Positions 1-14,293 of a DNA stretch of 64,000 nt are shown here, piece after piece. How positions within the stretch are numbered: position 1 is the stretch's first letter; each line of letters starts with the position of its first letter. The notes beneath the pieces were generated by a model. It was not told the origin of the DNA, ran no database searches, and saw only the letters and a program-made list of their open reading frames with translations. The translations under genes and the position numbers were made by a program. The DNA lies in the NCBI RefSeq assembly GCF_004010195.1, contig NC_057752.1, positions 888,123 through 952,122 of the forward strand, in the 5' to 3' direction. The DNA comes from Chiloscyllium plagiosum (Eukaryota).

Positions 1-1347
1 TTGCAAATCACCAATATTCTTAACATGCACTCCAACTCTAACTTAGACCTCTTCATAATTTCACTGAACCATTTAATTCTGTATTATTTCTCACTTAGTC
101 TCCAAGCCCTCTATTTCTATTGTGGAATATTATGACTTGGTGACTTAATCCCTTGATGAATTAGTTTGTTCTCACCTCTGTACCTGCATGTGAGAATATC
201 GGTCCCAACTCTGTTCAGGTTCAACCTGTCCATATTGAACACATTCTTGCTGTCACAGACTGGTCTCCGGAATCTAAAGCTCTTTCTCCTTGGAGTATCA
301 TGAGTTAGGTCTGACAATGTCATATGCAAATTGAAGCATACCAGTACATCATCACAAGAAGTGATGCAATGTCACATGGTCTTTCACTTGCAGCCTCATG
401 ACAAGATGAAATCACAGTAAAGTATTTCTTAACTGAAGTTTGTGCTTTTGTTTTTGTATGGTTACCTCTAAATATTCTTTATTTAGGGAGGGGAGGAGGT
501 GGGGGGGGGGGGGGGGGGGACATGGAGGGGTTCCACTCCTTGGCTGTTCCCTCTCCATTCCTAGCCAGTTTGTACAAACTGGCACTTCACCCAGTCTCCC
601 TATCCCAAGGACAGAGGTTAATTGGAGCTCATTATGAATTCCCAGCCCTAGGATCTTGATACTGCACTGGGAATTGTCTTTTTTTCATAGAGTCAGTGTC
701 AGAGCTCAGATACGGGAGAGTAGATCTGTAGAAATAGGATGTCAGTCTTTCAAGTAGACATGGGAGAACGTGAGTTGGTGGCTGGATGATTGGGCTCCCA
801 AACAGTGTCCAGGTGTCTCATCTGCTTCAAACTAACTGTTCATTATTCACAATTACTGTGGCATAAAGCATCTTTAATTTTTACAGTTAATTCAGTTTAC
901 GTCATTAAATTTAGTAGCATCCTCTTCCTTTTTTCCCTTTTCCAACTGATTTCAATTTCAGCATTGTTTGTAAAGCTGGGCATTTAGTGAACCCCTCCTG
1001 TCCTTTTCTCTGCTGATAGCTCAGATATTGGCTACCCTGACACTTTCCCCAAGGATCCATTTTTAATGTGAGATTTAACCATGTGGGCTTGCAAGCCCCA
1101 CCAGTGCTGTCTTGACTTTCCAAATTCCTGAACTGGTCTCTTTGATGATATCCCCCTTCCCAGTTCTTGTAAACTGAGGTCAATGGCAAGACTCCAATCA
1201 TTCCCCACCTGTGACCATCAAGTTCAGCAGAGATTGCGAGATGATAACTGGGATTGTAAGTTTGCAAACTGAGGCAGCAATGAGCTAAACTCCTAATGCG
1301 AAAGAACAGTGGTGACCCAGTAATGTTGAAATTTCAATCTTTTGCAG

Positions 1348-1400
1348 GTGTTGCCTATTCTATGTACAAGGATCACATCAGGAAACCTCGGCAAAAATAA
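1348..1400 (+). CDS. HIGD1C: HIG1 domain family member 1C, last coding exon ((G)VAYSMYKDHIRKPRQK*); upstream exons lie before the window
   Basis: Acceptor tcttttgcag|GT. The peptide resembles the human HIGD1C C-terminus as I recall it (GVLYSMYKDYIRPR). It is convergent with SLC11A2 as in human. Candidate AATAAA at 1981-1986. Confidence 0.8.
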
Positions 1401-2139
1401 CAACCCTCTGCAAAAGTGAGTTTAGTTTTTGGACAGTAGTTGGGCCTGGGAGCATGACTTGTTTAACTGATCTGCCATGGATTTTAGAAGCATGTTATAT
1501 GCCTCATGCTGAGGCTGGATGCGGACAGTGCAGTTTGTTTTCATTAACGTAACTTTAAGGATTTAATAACGTTTTCTTCCTAAGACTGTGGACCTACATG
1601 GGGTCTTCTAATTCCTGAAAGGCACTAGCTATTGGGAGATACAATAGCTTTCTGTAAATTGTCTAAGATTCCTCTTTGGAGGAAAGTGCAGTTTGAGAGA
1701 CTGCAGAGGGTTACTTAGTTTGCTGCTGACAGAGCTGTCAATGTTTGGTGTTTTGTCCTGTTTTTGGATCTGCTCATTGCCACATAACTCCCACTCTTGC
1801 TGTCCAGAAGTCCTCTGCTGTGGCGGCTTGGAGCTATAGGTTCTGCACCTTAGTTTCGCTATCTCTTGCTGACAATTAGTCGGCAGTCCAGCCAATATCT
1901 TCCTACTGTGTTTCTTTGCGTCACTGTTTGCCTACAGCTGTATTTTTCTTATTTCTCAATTGTTCTTCTGCCTCTTTGAAAATAAAACAAGACTGTGTAG
2001 CAGTGGCTAATCTTTGTGCGTACCCACTGACTGTAGACTCTTTGTAACATCAGCCAACTTCACTCCTACGTCAGCTGATCTGCTGAAACGTTCATTCGTA
2101 CCTTTGTTAACTCGAGACTTGATTGTTTCAATGCAGTCC

Positions 2140-2930
2140 TGGGGGAGATGTGGTAATGTCACTGGACTGGTAATCCAGAGAGACAAGGGTTCAAATTCCG
2201 CCATGGCAGCTGGTGGGAATTTAAATAATAAATCTGATATTGTACAGGACATTCTCTTCTGGAATACTGTGTCCAGTTCTGGTCGCCTAGTTATCAGAAG
2301 GCTATTATTAAACTGGAGAGGGTTCAGAAGAGATTTACCAGGATGTTGCTGGGTATGGAAGGTTTGAGTTAGAAGAAAGGCTAGATAGGTTGGGACTTTT
2401 TTCAGTGGAACATAGGTTGAGAGGTGACCTTATATAAGTTTATAAAAGCATGAGGGGTATAGATCGGGTTAATGGTAGGTGCCCTTTCCCTAAGATAAGG
2501 GCTTTCAACACTAAGGGGGCATTTTTTAAGGTGAGAGGAGGGACATTTAAACAGATGAGGGCAAACTTTTTAGAGTTTTGTTTGTGTGTGGAGTGAACTT
2601 CCGAAGGAAGTGATGGATGTGGGCACAGTTACAACATTTAAAAGACATTTGGATGGATACACGAATAGGAAAGGTTTGAAAGGATATGGGTCAGGAGCAG
2701 ATAGTTTAATTTGGGATTATGTCAAAATGGACCGGTTGGACCGAAGGGCCTGTTTCCATGCTGTATGACTCTAACTCTATAAGTCTCAATAATGGTCAGG
2801 AAACTATCAGCAATTGCTGTAAAAACCCATCTTGTTCACTTATGTCCTTTGGGAAAGGAAGTCTATCTTTGTTATCTGGTCTGTCCTACATGTGACTCCT
2901 GACCAACAGCAATATAATGACTCTTACTTT
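2140..2930 (+). mobile_element. tRNA-derived SINE split by a CR1 3' fragment (about 2262-2780)
   Basis: Head actggtaatccagag...gggttcaaattcc; body resumes at aaaaacccatcttgttcact as in the copy at 12640-12960; CR1 C-terminal peptide TTFKRHLDGY in between. Confidence 0.6.
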
Positions 2931-3244
2931 TTAAAAACATTCATTCACAGGGTGTGTGTGTTGCTGGCTAGGCCAACGTTTATTGCCCACTGCTAATTGC
3001 CCAGAGGGTAATTAAGAATCAATCACATTGCTGTGGCTCTGGAGTCATATGTAGACTTTGGGCTAGTTAAGAATGGCAGATTTCCTTCCCTTAAGGGCAT
3101 TAGTGAACCAAATGAATTGTTATTACAATGAGCAGTGATTACATGGGCACCATTAGGGCAACTTTGTATTCAATTCAAGTTTTACTATTTGCCACAGTGG
3201 GTTTTGAATCTATGTGCCCAGAACCTTAGCTGGATTTGGTAATC

Positions 3245-3603
3245 TTAGAACCATAGAATCCCTACAGTTTGGAAACGGGCCATTTGGCCCAATGACTCCA
3301 CACCGACTCTCCGAAGAGTAACCCACCTGGGCCTATTCCCCTACCTTATTATGCTACATTTACCCCAAACTAATGCACCCAAACACACATCCCTGAACAC
3401 TATGGGACAATTTAGCATGGCCAATTCACCTAACCTACACATCTTTGGATTGCGGGAGGAATCCGGAGCACTCGGAGGAAACTCACGCAAACATGGGGAG
3501 AATGTGCAAACTCCACACGGACAGTCACCCAGGCTGGAATTGAACCCGGGTCCCTGGCGCTATGAGGCAGCAGTGCTAACCACTAAAGCCACCGTGCTGC
3601 CCT
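3245..3603 (-). mobile_element. HE1-type SINE
   Basis: Reverse-complement homolog of 7815-8133. Confidence 0.85.
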
Positions 3604-4097
3604 GGACTACTATCCCAGTAACATTACCGCTATGTCACTATCACCATCTGAAATGACCTAGCAAGCCACTTTGGGCAACTAAGAATGGGGAAACAGATGC
3701 TGGTCTTGCCAGAAATGCTTGCACCCCATGATAGAATTAAAACAAAAACTCCTGATCGCCCTCTCATCTTCTGCCCCTCCGTTGCAAGCTCTTCTGCCCA
3801 TGCACCAAGTCTTGTTCACTCAAAGTGCTACATCATTAGCCTAAAGCTGCAGAGTCCTCAAGTTCTGGAATTTCCTCCCCATCTCTCTCTGCACTCCAGA
3901 CATTCCTGAAAGCCTACTGCTTTGACCAAACGTTTGGTCATTTGCCCAAATATTTCCTGATTCAACTTGTGAGGTTGACTGTGCTGAAAGCCCATGACAG
4001 GGCCTGGAGTGTGGGGATGGGTAAAGGACATGGAAGAGGGTGCTCAGACTGTACAATTATTGAACTTAATATTAAGTCCTGAAGGCTGCAGGGTTTG

Positions 4098-4806
4098 TGT
4101 TATGACAAGGGGTAACCCCCCCCCCTATTTAAACCAGCAACACAGAAATTATTTAACTCGTGTTGTAATCTGTTACAATTCGAGAGGCAAGAACTATCCC
4201 AAAGGTCACTATTTAAAGTAAAAATTAACAACTTTATTTTGTTTTAAAAGTCTAATAGAGAATAATTAACTAGCAACTATTTACAGCTCCTTTCTCTAAC
4301 CTATCTTTTATTTTCTCTACAACAATTCTGGTCCGATAAAACCCCCAATTAAGATCTACAGAAAAATTCAAATTTCAAAACTAGCCAGCTGTCGAATCTT
4401 CTCTTTGTATCTTCCTCTGTAGATTTGCTCTCCAGGTCGGTATTGATCTTTTTTCCTGTGCAAACTCCTCCTCCAACCAGTTACCTCTCAGAGAGTTCTT
4501 ACTTGCAGCCTACACCTGTTGGTCTTTTGGAAGTTCTCCCCCCAATTGTTCAATTTTTCCTGGTCTTATACCCCAAAGCATCAGATCATTTCATTGGTTT
4601 TAATATTGTCAAAACACCAAATTCAAACTTGATTGGAGTTTAGTATCGTGGGGCATAACTTAAACTAAATTTGTTTTTGTCTCATAGCAACCCAAATACT
4701 TCTAGCGGCTGGACCAAATGTTACATTGTAAATTCGCCAGCACTCTGTGTGCTTGCTAAGTCCTTCAATTCTCTTAAAGGTACAGTACTCCTTACACTTT
4801 CATACA
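4098..4806 (-). mobile_element. Solo LTR inserted in a Penelope-like relic (about 4050-5170)
   Basis: TGTTATG...CATACA termini; its end (ctcttaaaggtacagtac) is the reverse complement of the start of the LTR at 53155. Confidence 0.65.
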
Positions 4807-5635
4807 GTCCCCAAGTAGAAAATAAGATGCTGATCCTCCAGCTTGCTGCCCAAGTCAGAAATGTTGGCCAGAGAACATGGTGGTGTGTTGAAGTAGCAGG
4901 TAACTGGAAGCTCAGGCAGTTTTCTATGGACAAGATGTAGATGTTCCAAAAAGCGGTCACCCAGTCTGCCCAGTATAGAGGAGACTACATGAGCAGCAGA
5001 TATAGTAAACTAGATTGAATGAAGTGCAGGTAAGTCACTCTTCAGCTGGAAGGTGTGTCTTGCGCCTTTGATAGTGAGGAATGAGGAGGTAAACAAGCAA
5101 GTGTAAATCTTCTGCGATTGCATGGGGAGATGTTGCGAGTGGAGGAGGAGTGAGCCAGGGTGTCCTGGAGAGTATGGTCCCTGCTTTATGGAACACCAAA
5201 CAATCTGACAACTTCATACTTTGTAGAGGAGTAAAGGGAGGTGATGGTGAGAAAGAGCTGAGTGTAGGTAGTGAGAACTGGCATTGTGATTTTGGATGAT
5301 GATGCTGAAATGCAGCATGTGAATGAGAATTAAGAGGAACCGAGGATAGATTCGTGGGGAGCACTCAAGATAATGGTGCAGGAGCAGGAAGAGTGATAAG
5401 TGATAATGATTCTGTGGCAATGATTAGTAGACAAAAATGGGACCAGGTGATAGCAGTGCCACCAGCTGGACAACAGTGGAGAGGGATTGGAGGAGAATGG
5501 TATCCCTGCAGCCTTTGATATAGTGACCTGTTGAGAAGGATGAGGAGAAAAGCCATTTGGGACAGTGTTGGGACTGGAAATCTTACTGGAGAAATTCAAG
5601 CATGGAATTCTGGGAAGGATGGGAACAGATTTGAG

Positions 5636-6478
5636 GTGTTACAGAGTCGTACAGCATGGAAACGGCCCTTCAGTCCAACCCATCTGCACCAACCAGACAT
5701 CCCAATCTGACTTAGTCTCATTTGCCAGGACATGGCCCATATCTCTCTCAACCCCTCCTATATATCCATCCAGATTCCTTTTAAATGTTGTAATTGTACC
5801 AGCCTCCACCACCACCTCTGGCAGCTCATTCCATGCACTCGCCACTCTCTGCATGAAAAAGTTACCCCTCAGGTCCTTTTAAAATCTTTCCTCTTTCACC
5901 TTCAACCTATGCCTTCTAGTTTTGGACTCCCCCACCCTAGGAAAAAGACCTTGGCTACTCACCCAATCCATGCCCTTCATGATTTTATAAACCTCTACAA
6001 GGTCACTCCAATGACCCAGGGAAAAAAGCCCCAGTCTAATCAGCCTCTCTCTATAGCTCATCTGGGTGGGTTACTCTTCGGAGGGTTGGTGTAGACTTGT
6101 TGGACCGAAGGGCCTGTTTCCATACTGTAGGGAATCTAATCTAATCCCAGCAACTTTCTTGTAAATCTTTTCTGCACCTTCTCAAGTTTAATAATATCCT
6201 TCCTGTAGCAAGGTGATCAGAACTGTACACAGTATTCCAAAAGTGGCATCACCAATGTTCTGTACAACCACAACATGATGTCCCAACTACTATACGCTAT
6301 GTTCTGACCAATGAAGGCAAGCATACTAAACATCGTCTTCACCACCCTGTCTACCTGCAACTCCACTTTTAAGGAACTATATGCCTGCACCCCTAGGCAA
6401 CACTCTCCAGGGCCCTACCATTAACTGTGGAAGTCCTACCCTGATTTGCCTTACCAAAATGTAACACTTCATATTTTG
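5636..6478 (-). mobile_element. CR1 LINE 3' fragment, with an HE1 tail inserted at about 6062-6146
   Basis: Peptides RLGLFSL...EVYKIMKGMD and WNELPEVVVEAGTITTFKRNLD. Confidence 0.85.
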
Positions 6479-6766
6479 TGACAATTTGTTCAGTGGCTTT
6501 GGAGAAGAAAGCGAGGTTGGAGATGGGCTGGTAGTTTGCCAAAGATACTTTGTAAAAACAATGACTGCAGATGCACATTTCGAGTCGTGAGTTCATGGAA
6601 TGCCCTGCCAGTAGCAGTGGTGGACTCTCCCTCTTTATGGGCAATTAAAGGGGCATTGGATAGGCATATGGAGGATAGTGGGCTAGTGTAGGTTAGGTGG
6701 GCTTGGATCGGCGCAACATTGAGGGCCAAAGGGCCTGTACTGCGCTGTATTTTTCTATGTTCTATG

Positions 6767-6954
6767 CTGGATTAGAGTGGTGCTGGAAAAGCACAGCAGT
6801 TCAAGCAGCATCCGAGGAGCAGGAACATCGACGTTTCGGGCAAAAGCCCTTCATCAGGAATAGAGCTTGAAGGGCTTTTGCCCGAAACGTCGATGTTCCT
6901 GCTCCTCGGATGCTGCCTGAACTGCTGTGCTTTTCCAGCACTACTCTAATCCAG
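6767..6954. mobile_element. Short palindromic Penelope-derived element
   Basis: About 85-bp near-perfect inverted arms; minus-strand core CTGATGA-A-GGGC-TTTT-GCCC-GAAACGTC at 6857-6830. Confidence 0.85.
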
Positions 6955-7814
6955 TTTGCAAAGATACGGGGAGAAGATTTGTTTTTTTGAGGAAGGCAGA
7001 GATGATGGCTGATTTAAAGGAGAGCAACAGCAGCTGAAGAGGGAACCAGGAAGCAAAGTTGTGAGGTCAGCATGTTAATAGCAACAGGGTCAAGAAGAGG
7101 GAACATCATGGACACGGACTCTGAGAAAACGAGGTGAGAGAAACCAGAAAAAACAAGTTCAGCGCTACGGCAGAGTGGCACTTTGGGGATGGGACTTTGG
7201 CCCACCAGGTTAGGGTAAAAGCAGGGCAGTGGCAATTTTGTTTTGAAAATGTTCCTGTGAAGAGGTTTGGGCTATATAGCCATGTTGAGATGCAATTTAA
7301 TACAGAAGTTCCAAGTTGTTTTTCTTCTATATGGGGATAGCAACAAAGATTGATCTGTCTTTCCCAGTGCCACACTCAGTCTCCATCCCAGTAGTAATTT
7401 GGATAATAATCAGGAATAGGAAACTTGGCCACTCTTTTAAACTCTGGATTGTTGATGTCAGTTATTTAATATGGCTTAGATTAGCACAAACTGTGCATAT
7501 GGCTTGGGTGTTTCCTGCTCTATCATGCTCCAGAGCATTGGGGCAAGTGAGCCACCTGGGACAGCTTTTCGCAAGTTAAATGCCATTGTAGACCTTTTTT
7601 TAAACAGAAGACTCCTTATAGATTTGACTCCATTGATCTTGTAAATCTATATTAATCATGTCACAGCTACATTTTGTCTGTCAGTTTTTGGTGATGTCAC
7701 ACTGAATAATTAATGGCAAATCTTACATATTCTCCCTATGTTATGTAGTGTCTACATCCCAGAGAAAAAAATTGTTTTGTCTACCACATCTGCCTCTGAC
7801 TCTTGTCCATTTTG

Positions 7815-8133
7815 GGCGGCACGGTGGCACAGTGGTTAGCACTGCTGCCTCGCAGCGCCAGAGACCCGGGTTCAATTCCCGACTCAGGCGACTGACTGTG
7901 TGGAGTTTGCACGTTCTCCCCGTGTCTGCGTGGGTTTCCTCCGGGTGCTCCGGTTTCCTCCCACAGTCCAAAGATGTGCAGGTTAGGTGAATTGGCCATA
8001 CTAAAAATTGTCCGTAGTGTTAGGTAAGGGGTAAATGTAGGGGTATGGGTGGGTTTCGCTTCGGCGGGTCGGTGTGGACTTGTTGGGCCGAAGGGCCTGT
8101 TTCCACACTGTAATCTAATCTAATCTAATCTAA
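7815..8133 (+). mobile_element. HE1-type (V-SINE) tRNA-derived SINE, full length
   Basis: tRNA-like head with A box tggcacagtgg and B box ggttcaattcc, V-SINE core gtggagtttgcacgttctccccgtg, CR1-like tail ggccgaagggcctgtttcc and (aatct)n. Confidence 0.9.
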
Positions 8134-8800
8134 CAGCATATCTTTCCATTTCTTTTGTCCTTGTGTTAATCCAGCTTTCCCTTAAATACATTGACCATTC
8201 ATCTTGACCACTCCCTATGGTATCGAGTTCCACATTCTTACCATCTGGAGAGAGAACTTTCTCCTGATTCTCCTGTTGGATTGATCATTGACTATTGTGT
8301 AGTTCTGGCCTTGCCCATGTTGAAATGCCTTCTTTATATCTCCCCTTTCAATGCATGTGCACTATGTGGTTTGAATTACTCTGATAAACTAAGGTGAGGG
8401 ATATGATTCAAGCCCAACCATCTTCAGTTTCTTCATCAATGACCTTGCCTCCGTCATAAGGTCAGAAGTGGAGATGCTCACTGATTGGTGCTAAACATTG
8501 TACATTCGTGCCTTCTTGGGTACTGACGTTGCCAATCAGAACTGAAGTTTTGGAGCACTGATAGATTTGAAGATGAGATGGCCAATCAACAACAAGAAAA
8601 TGGTATGAGTGTAAACAGAGATCGTAGTGCACTGCTGTTCCTGCAGATAGTTGAGAAAGACAGGAGGGTGACTCCATGAGGGCCCTACATCATCACTGGA
8701 AGACCAAATGGGGAGTGAAAGTCAATCTTGTGTTAGAATTTTAAATTATGAAATTAAGTTCGGAATAGATTAGCCTTGAACAGGACAGTATCAATTATGT

Positions 8801-9010
8801 CGAAAGTGTGGTGCTGGAAAAGCACAGCAGTCAGGCAGCACCCGAGGAGCAGCAGAATCGACGTTTCGGACATAAGCCCTTCATCAAGATTGATGAAGGG
8901 CTTATGCCCAAAATGTTGATTCTCCTGCTCCTCGGATGCTGCCTGACCTGCTGTGCTTTTCCAGCACTACACTCTCGACTGTGATTTCCAGCAATCCTCA
9001 CTTTCTCCGA
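8801..9010. mobile_element. Short palindromic Penelope-derived element
   Basis: Inverted arms; flanks atc(a/g)attatgt duplicated. Confidence 0.8.
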
Positions 9011-10044
9011 GGATCGATTATGTTCCTGTCCAAAAAATACCGGATGAACTGAGGATGCTGGAATTCAGAAACAAAAACAGAAATTGCTGGAAAAACTCAT
9101 CAGTGGAGAGAAATCAGAGTTAACATTTCGAGTCCAGTGGCTCTTTTTCCGACCCTTCTCCAGTTCTGAAGAAGGGTCACTGGACCTGAAACGTTAACTC
9201 TGATTGTGTTCCTGTGTCGCACAAGCATTTTAGAGCAGGCTTTGTTGTGATTATGAGTCACAAAATGCAGTGACCAACATGGCTTCTCAATGTAACTGGA
9301 ACGAATTTCTGTACGGAGTTATTGTATTCATTGTTTAGAACTAGCAGATCTGAAGTTTAAAACTCTGGGATACTGAATCTCAGGAATGGAGCAGGTACAA
9401 ATTTAGTATTTAGATTTGGGGGCAGTTCAATTGTTGCCCTTTCAAAAAAACAAGCTCAAGAGATCCTTCATCACAGGTGTGGGAAACCTGCCAAAAGTCA
9501 AGAGCAGTAGTCGTCAGAATTGAATATTGAAGATGAAATATTGATATTACTGCACTGTTAAATGTAGGGAAAACAGAAAACGTTGGAAATGCTCGAGCAG
9601 CATCTGTGGACTGATAAACGGAGTTAAAACGTGGAACTAAGTTCTAAAATGGTCCCTCCCAACTGGTTGGAGAGCCGTTAGAAGTCCCATGTCACTTCTT
9701 GAGGCCCAATGTTATTTAATCGCAGTCTGACACTGCAGTAATGCGATGGAAATCTTGGGCAAGCAGCTTTTCACTGCTGGCAACATCACCAAAAGCAGTG
9801 GCGGAGTGGTACTCAGTGAATGGCTTACAAACAACTGGCACATGCACAGTGGGCCCAACTGTTTCATTTTCTGCTGTGTCAATCTATGATACAAGCAGAC
9901 AATGTGATTATGAAAAAGAGGTCACTGCTAGGTGAAATAAAGTGGATGGTCATGCTTAGGAACTGCAGACCTGTTTCTCTTAGGCCAGAATTTGTTATCC
10001 CCATCCCTAACTAAAGACACATTGGAAAGCCACACATTAAAATG

Positions 10045-10200
10045 ACAGACCTACCGGGCTGTCTGACCCAGGCACTAGGGACCCACCAGGCAATCTGACC
10101 CAGGCACTAGGGATCCACCAGGCATTAGGGACCCCATCTGGCAGTTGGACCCAGGCACCAGGGACCCGCCGGGCAGTCAGACCTGGGCTCTCGGGACCCG
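10045..10200. repeat. GC-rich minisatellite, about 32-bp unit (gacccaggcactagggacccaccaggcaatct)
   Basis: 4-5 degenerate tandem copies. Confidence 0.8.
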
Positions 10201-10860
10201 TGAGGAAATAACCTGATAAATGATAATCATTACAACCTTAGACTTGCTAGGCTGTCTAAGATATCACAGAGATCACAATTTGGGTATTGTCCCACATTGT
10301 AGAAGGAAAGCACTATGATAAACTGTACATTTAAGTAGTATTTGATAACATTAAAAGTGTACTGGGCCTGTCTTAAATGATAAGGTTTGATCATAGGGTA
10401 TGGCATAAGCTGAAATGAAGGAACAAAGCCGTTATAATGGTAGTAGTGGTTGGGGCTAGATGCCGATGTGGCTGCCCCAGAGGTTCACTTGCAGGGCTTT
10501 TTCTGCTGAAGCACATGAATGAGTTGCAGTCTGAGTCTACATGATTTGATGTGGAAAATTAAGTTTATTCTGAAAAGTGCAGAGTCTTGCATATTGAAAG
10601 TACAAATAGGAGGGATGTATACTTCATGGTGGATGCACCTAACAAAGGAGTAAATTGGATTTTGTGAGAAGCGATACCATTTTTGGAACGATAGGCTCAA
10701 CAACATCCTTGTTTTAACCCCAGTGTTTTGAAGCTAGATTTCATGGATTTTTTTTTGTCATGCAGGAAGAATTAGATGGGAGGATAGCCGGCGTCTGGAC
10801 TTCATTCCCTCTTGTTTTACTTTCCCAGAAGACAGAGAGTCAGAAAAACAAAGGAGAACC

Positions 10861-13800
10861 ATGCTGAGCAGACAAGAAGCTATAGACAGATTGGGAACAG
10901 TGAGTCTGCCAACTGGCTATGGGTGAGTTGTCACTGTCTTATAAACAGTGCTGACTATGGCCAATACATCACTGTGGATTTTCCAATGATAGCCGGATTG
11001 CACTGTGCAGTTAGATGTCAGCATGGGGGATATGATTTGTGAGACATAAATTGAAATGTAATTTCTCCCATATGCTCAACTTGCATCCCAACCCACAATG
11101 CCCCTCCATGTACTAGTTCAGACATCTTTGGAAAGTTTGTGCATATGTTTGGCTTGCTATCTGTTTCAATGACACAGCTCAGAGGTCTATATACAAATTC
11201 CCATTTATCTACAGATAAAAACAAATGTAGCCCTGTATATATGTTAGGAACCTGTCTATGTTCTATTGTCCAAATGCAGATCCAAATACTGTCCAAATAT
11301 ATCTATAAGGTTTCAAAATGTCGTTGTGTACATTTCACAAATCATGAACAGCTTTGATGCTTCCAAGTCAATCCAGGCAACTCAAAACTACAAGTGTCCT
11401 TCCCCATACCTCCAGAAAATGCTGCACTATTTCCCATTATGCACAGCTCATGATTGTGTGAATCAATCGATTACATGATTGCCTAATGGCAGTCTCAATA
11501 CAAGTGCCACCCAGGTTCTCTGTCAGCAATAAAACTGTTGACAAGAACTGTTGATTGTTTCTGGTATTTAAAACAGATTCTCTGTATTCATGTTTCCCTG
11601 TGCTTGAACAGTGAATACAGTCTTGAGATGTTCATAATAATGACAGCAGCATAGAACGGGATTCATCTTAACCTTCTGACACCATCAGCTTGAGATCACC
11701 ATGGGATTCACGTGTGGTTGTCCACATCACTCAGCAGAGAGAGTTCCATAGGCGTTCTGAAACCAGTCTAAGAAAGAGAAGAGAGAATAAGGGGTAAGTT
11801 AGTTGATCAGGTCATTGCTTCAGCTGAGAATTGCTGAAAAAAAGAGACTGTAGGTGTTTTTCATCTTGCATTCATCAGGCTTGAATCTCAAGAATACCAA
11901 ATCTTGAAAGGAACAAGAGAATTCATATTGTATGAGCTTATTGGTTGGCAAGGGAACTTTAATTGGTAGAAGCTTTCCCATGGAGAATGAGTCTGGGAGC
12001 ACTTAACTACTAAGTTTTTGTTTAAAGTCAGACCAGGCAAGTTGATGTTGATTGGTCAGGGTATTACCATGAGATTTGGACGAGGATTGAATAACTGCCA
12101 TCCAAGTTTATTTTCGGTTGGAAATGGTGCAGTGCATGGACATGTTCTTTCTCTTTGCAATGTTTCAGTTTGCCATAGGTTACTTCGTTCAGTGGGTAAA
12201 TACACAAATTGGTGTGTCGCTGAGTCACACTAGATGTCCTCACAGTCCTTCCCTGCTCTGTGCTGAGTAAGCTGGACTGCAACCAGGTTAAGGTTACAAA
12301 CACTGGCCTCTGTGATCCCAAGATGAAGAAGGCGGAGAGACCCAGGGAATTGTTAACCAAATCTCCTGCCCTTGATCATTATCTAGTGAACCTTGCATTG
12401 CCAAGGGCAGGAGCAGCCTGAGCTGTCAGGCACCCCCTCGTTGAAAAGTTAAAATCAGTGAGTATTTCATAAAGGATGCAGCTTCTGTAAGGAGTTGTGG
12501 AACTAATTTTTCATACTCAAAGTATACAGTCCTAGTCATGTCATGCTAAAGCAACGTCATTATGAGGATACTGAAAACCAAAGTGTTTGACGTAATTACA
12601 AAGGGCTAAGTGTTTTGCCATATAGAGCCCAGGTTAAGGGAAGGTGATGGTGTAGTCCAGTATAGCACTAAACTAGTAATCCAGAACATCTGGCTATTCT
12701 GGGTCCTTGGGGTTGAATCCAATCATGGCAGATCGTAAAATTTGAATTTGATAAAAATCTGAAACGTACAAAGCTCCTCCAATGGCAATCAAGTAATCGT
12801 CGACCAAAAAATCCCCATCTAGTTCACTAATGCCCTTTTGGGAAGTAAACCTCTTTTTAAACTTGGTCTGGCTTACATGCGACTCCAGACCCACAGCATG
12901 TGGTCATCACTTAACCGCCCTCATACTGGCACCCATATCCCATGAACAAGAAAAGATCACAGATTGGTGGGATGGGTGCCTTTTCTGTGACAGTCAGGCA
13001 GGAATTGTCCACAGCCAACGTAGAGTGGATCAACAAACTGCAGGTCAGCTGGGGTGGGAAATAATAGATGGTATGAAGACATCTGGTTACATCAGGGGGA
13101 CTCCAGGGTGAGAATCTCTTCCAATTTCCAAAATCTTGCCTTCATGAACACACTTAACCCTTTTGGGTCATAAGACAGTAATTGTCCACTCCTGGTCTGG
13201 AACTGAGCCCTAGTGTAGAAAAAGCCCAAATTTTATTCCCCAGCCTATTGAGAGCTGAACCTAATCAGAAACAGCTAGAAGAATTTGCCTCAGTTCCCTT
13301 GGAATGGAGTAAATAATGTTGTGATTCCTGCTTCTGATCATTATACAGGGCAGGCATGCAGGAGTCTGGAAGAACACAGCAAGCCAGGCAACATCAGGAG
13401 GTGGAGAAGTCAACATTTTGGGTGTAACCCTTCTTGAAGACCCTTCCTGAGTCCTGAGGAAGGGTTAACCCAAAACATTGACTTCTCTGTTTCCTGATGC
13501 TGCCTGGCTTGTTGTCATCTTCCAGCCTCCTGCTCGTCTACCTTGGATTCCAGCATTGGCAGTTTTTCTTTTTGCCTCCAATCATTATCCATAGTTATGT
13601 GACTGCATATTTGTACATGTAACTGTCTCAAAGTGTGTGTACATGCAGTGGGGAGGGCATGTGTGTGTCACGTGTTTTCACATGTGCCTAAGCCTGTCTC
13701 TATGCATGCACACTTGTGTGGCCCATGCATCTATGTGCAAGACTGTGCACATCAGTGTGTCTGTGTTTATATCTTTGTTTATATGCCTGTCTTTGTGTTC

Positions 13801-14083
13801 TTGCATGTGTGTGTACATGCTTGTCTATTCATGTGTGGTTGTCAGTGTAGGTGCATATATGTTCATGTAACAGATGTGCATGCACACACTTGTATAATCA
13901 TGTGTGTGCGGGTATCAGCATGCATGCAAAGCTATGTATGTGTGTCAGCTGCATGTGCATGCTTGTTGGTATTTGGGAGTGTGTGTGTGTGTCACTGTAC
14001 CCATTATGTGAGAATGCATGCACATATGTAAGCGAATGTCTATGCATGCATGTTTGGTTGTTAAAGTCTATGTTTGCATAGGT

Positions 14084-14135
<52 letters not shown>

Positions 14136-14293
14136 AGACTTATTGAAGTTGACTTTTGGCCATTGAGCACTGGTATCACACCAGAACAATACGAAAGGAA
14201 TTCATACCAAATCTGTATGAGCTGTGTGAGCTAATACAATTGCTGTAATCACCAATTGCTTTTCTTCTCCTGGACAGTGTCATTTACATTTAA
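10861..14293 (+). CDS. Candidate unassigned 3-exon small gene (10861-10922, 11689-11793, 14278-14293), 60 aa
   Basis: accATG start; GG|gtgagt and GG|gtaagt donors; cag acceptors; all junctions phase 2 with an open frame; AATAAA at 14407-14412. No recognised homology. Confidence 0.35.
12640..12960 (+). mobile_element. tRNA-derived SINE, same family as 2140-2930
   Basis: actagtaatccaga...gggttgaatcc...ccatctagttcactaatgcccttt...gactccagacccacagca. Confidence 0.6.
13610..14132. repeat. TG-rich low-complexity tract ending in (GT)n(GA)n microsatellite
   Basis: Direct reading. Confidence 0.9.

Noticed and set aside
7815..7890. tRNA-like sequence
   Set aside because: Head of an HE1 SINE; no complete cloverleaf
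13633..14081. Cys/Val/His-rich ORFs of 76-132 aa
   Set aside because: They arise from a TG-rich low-complexity tract
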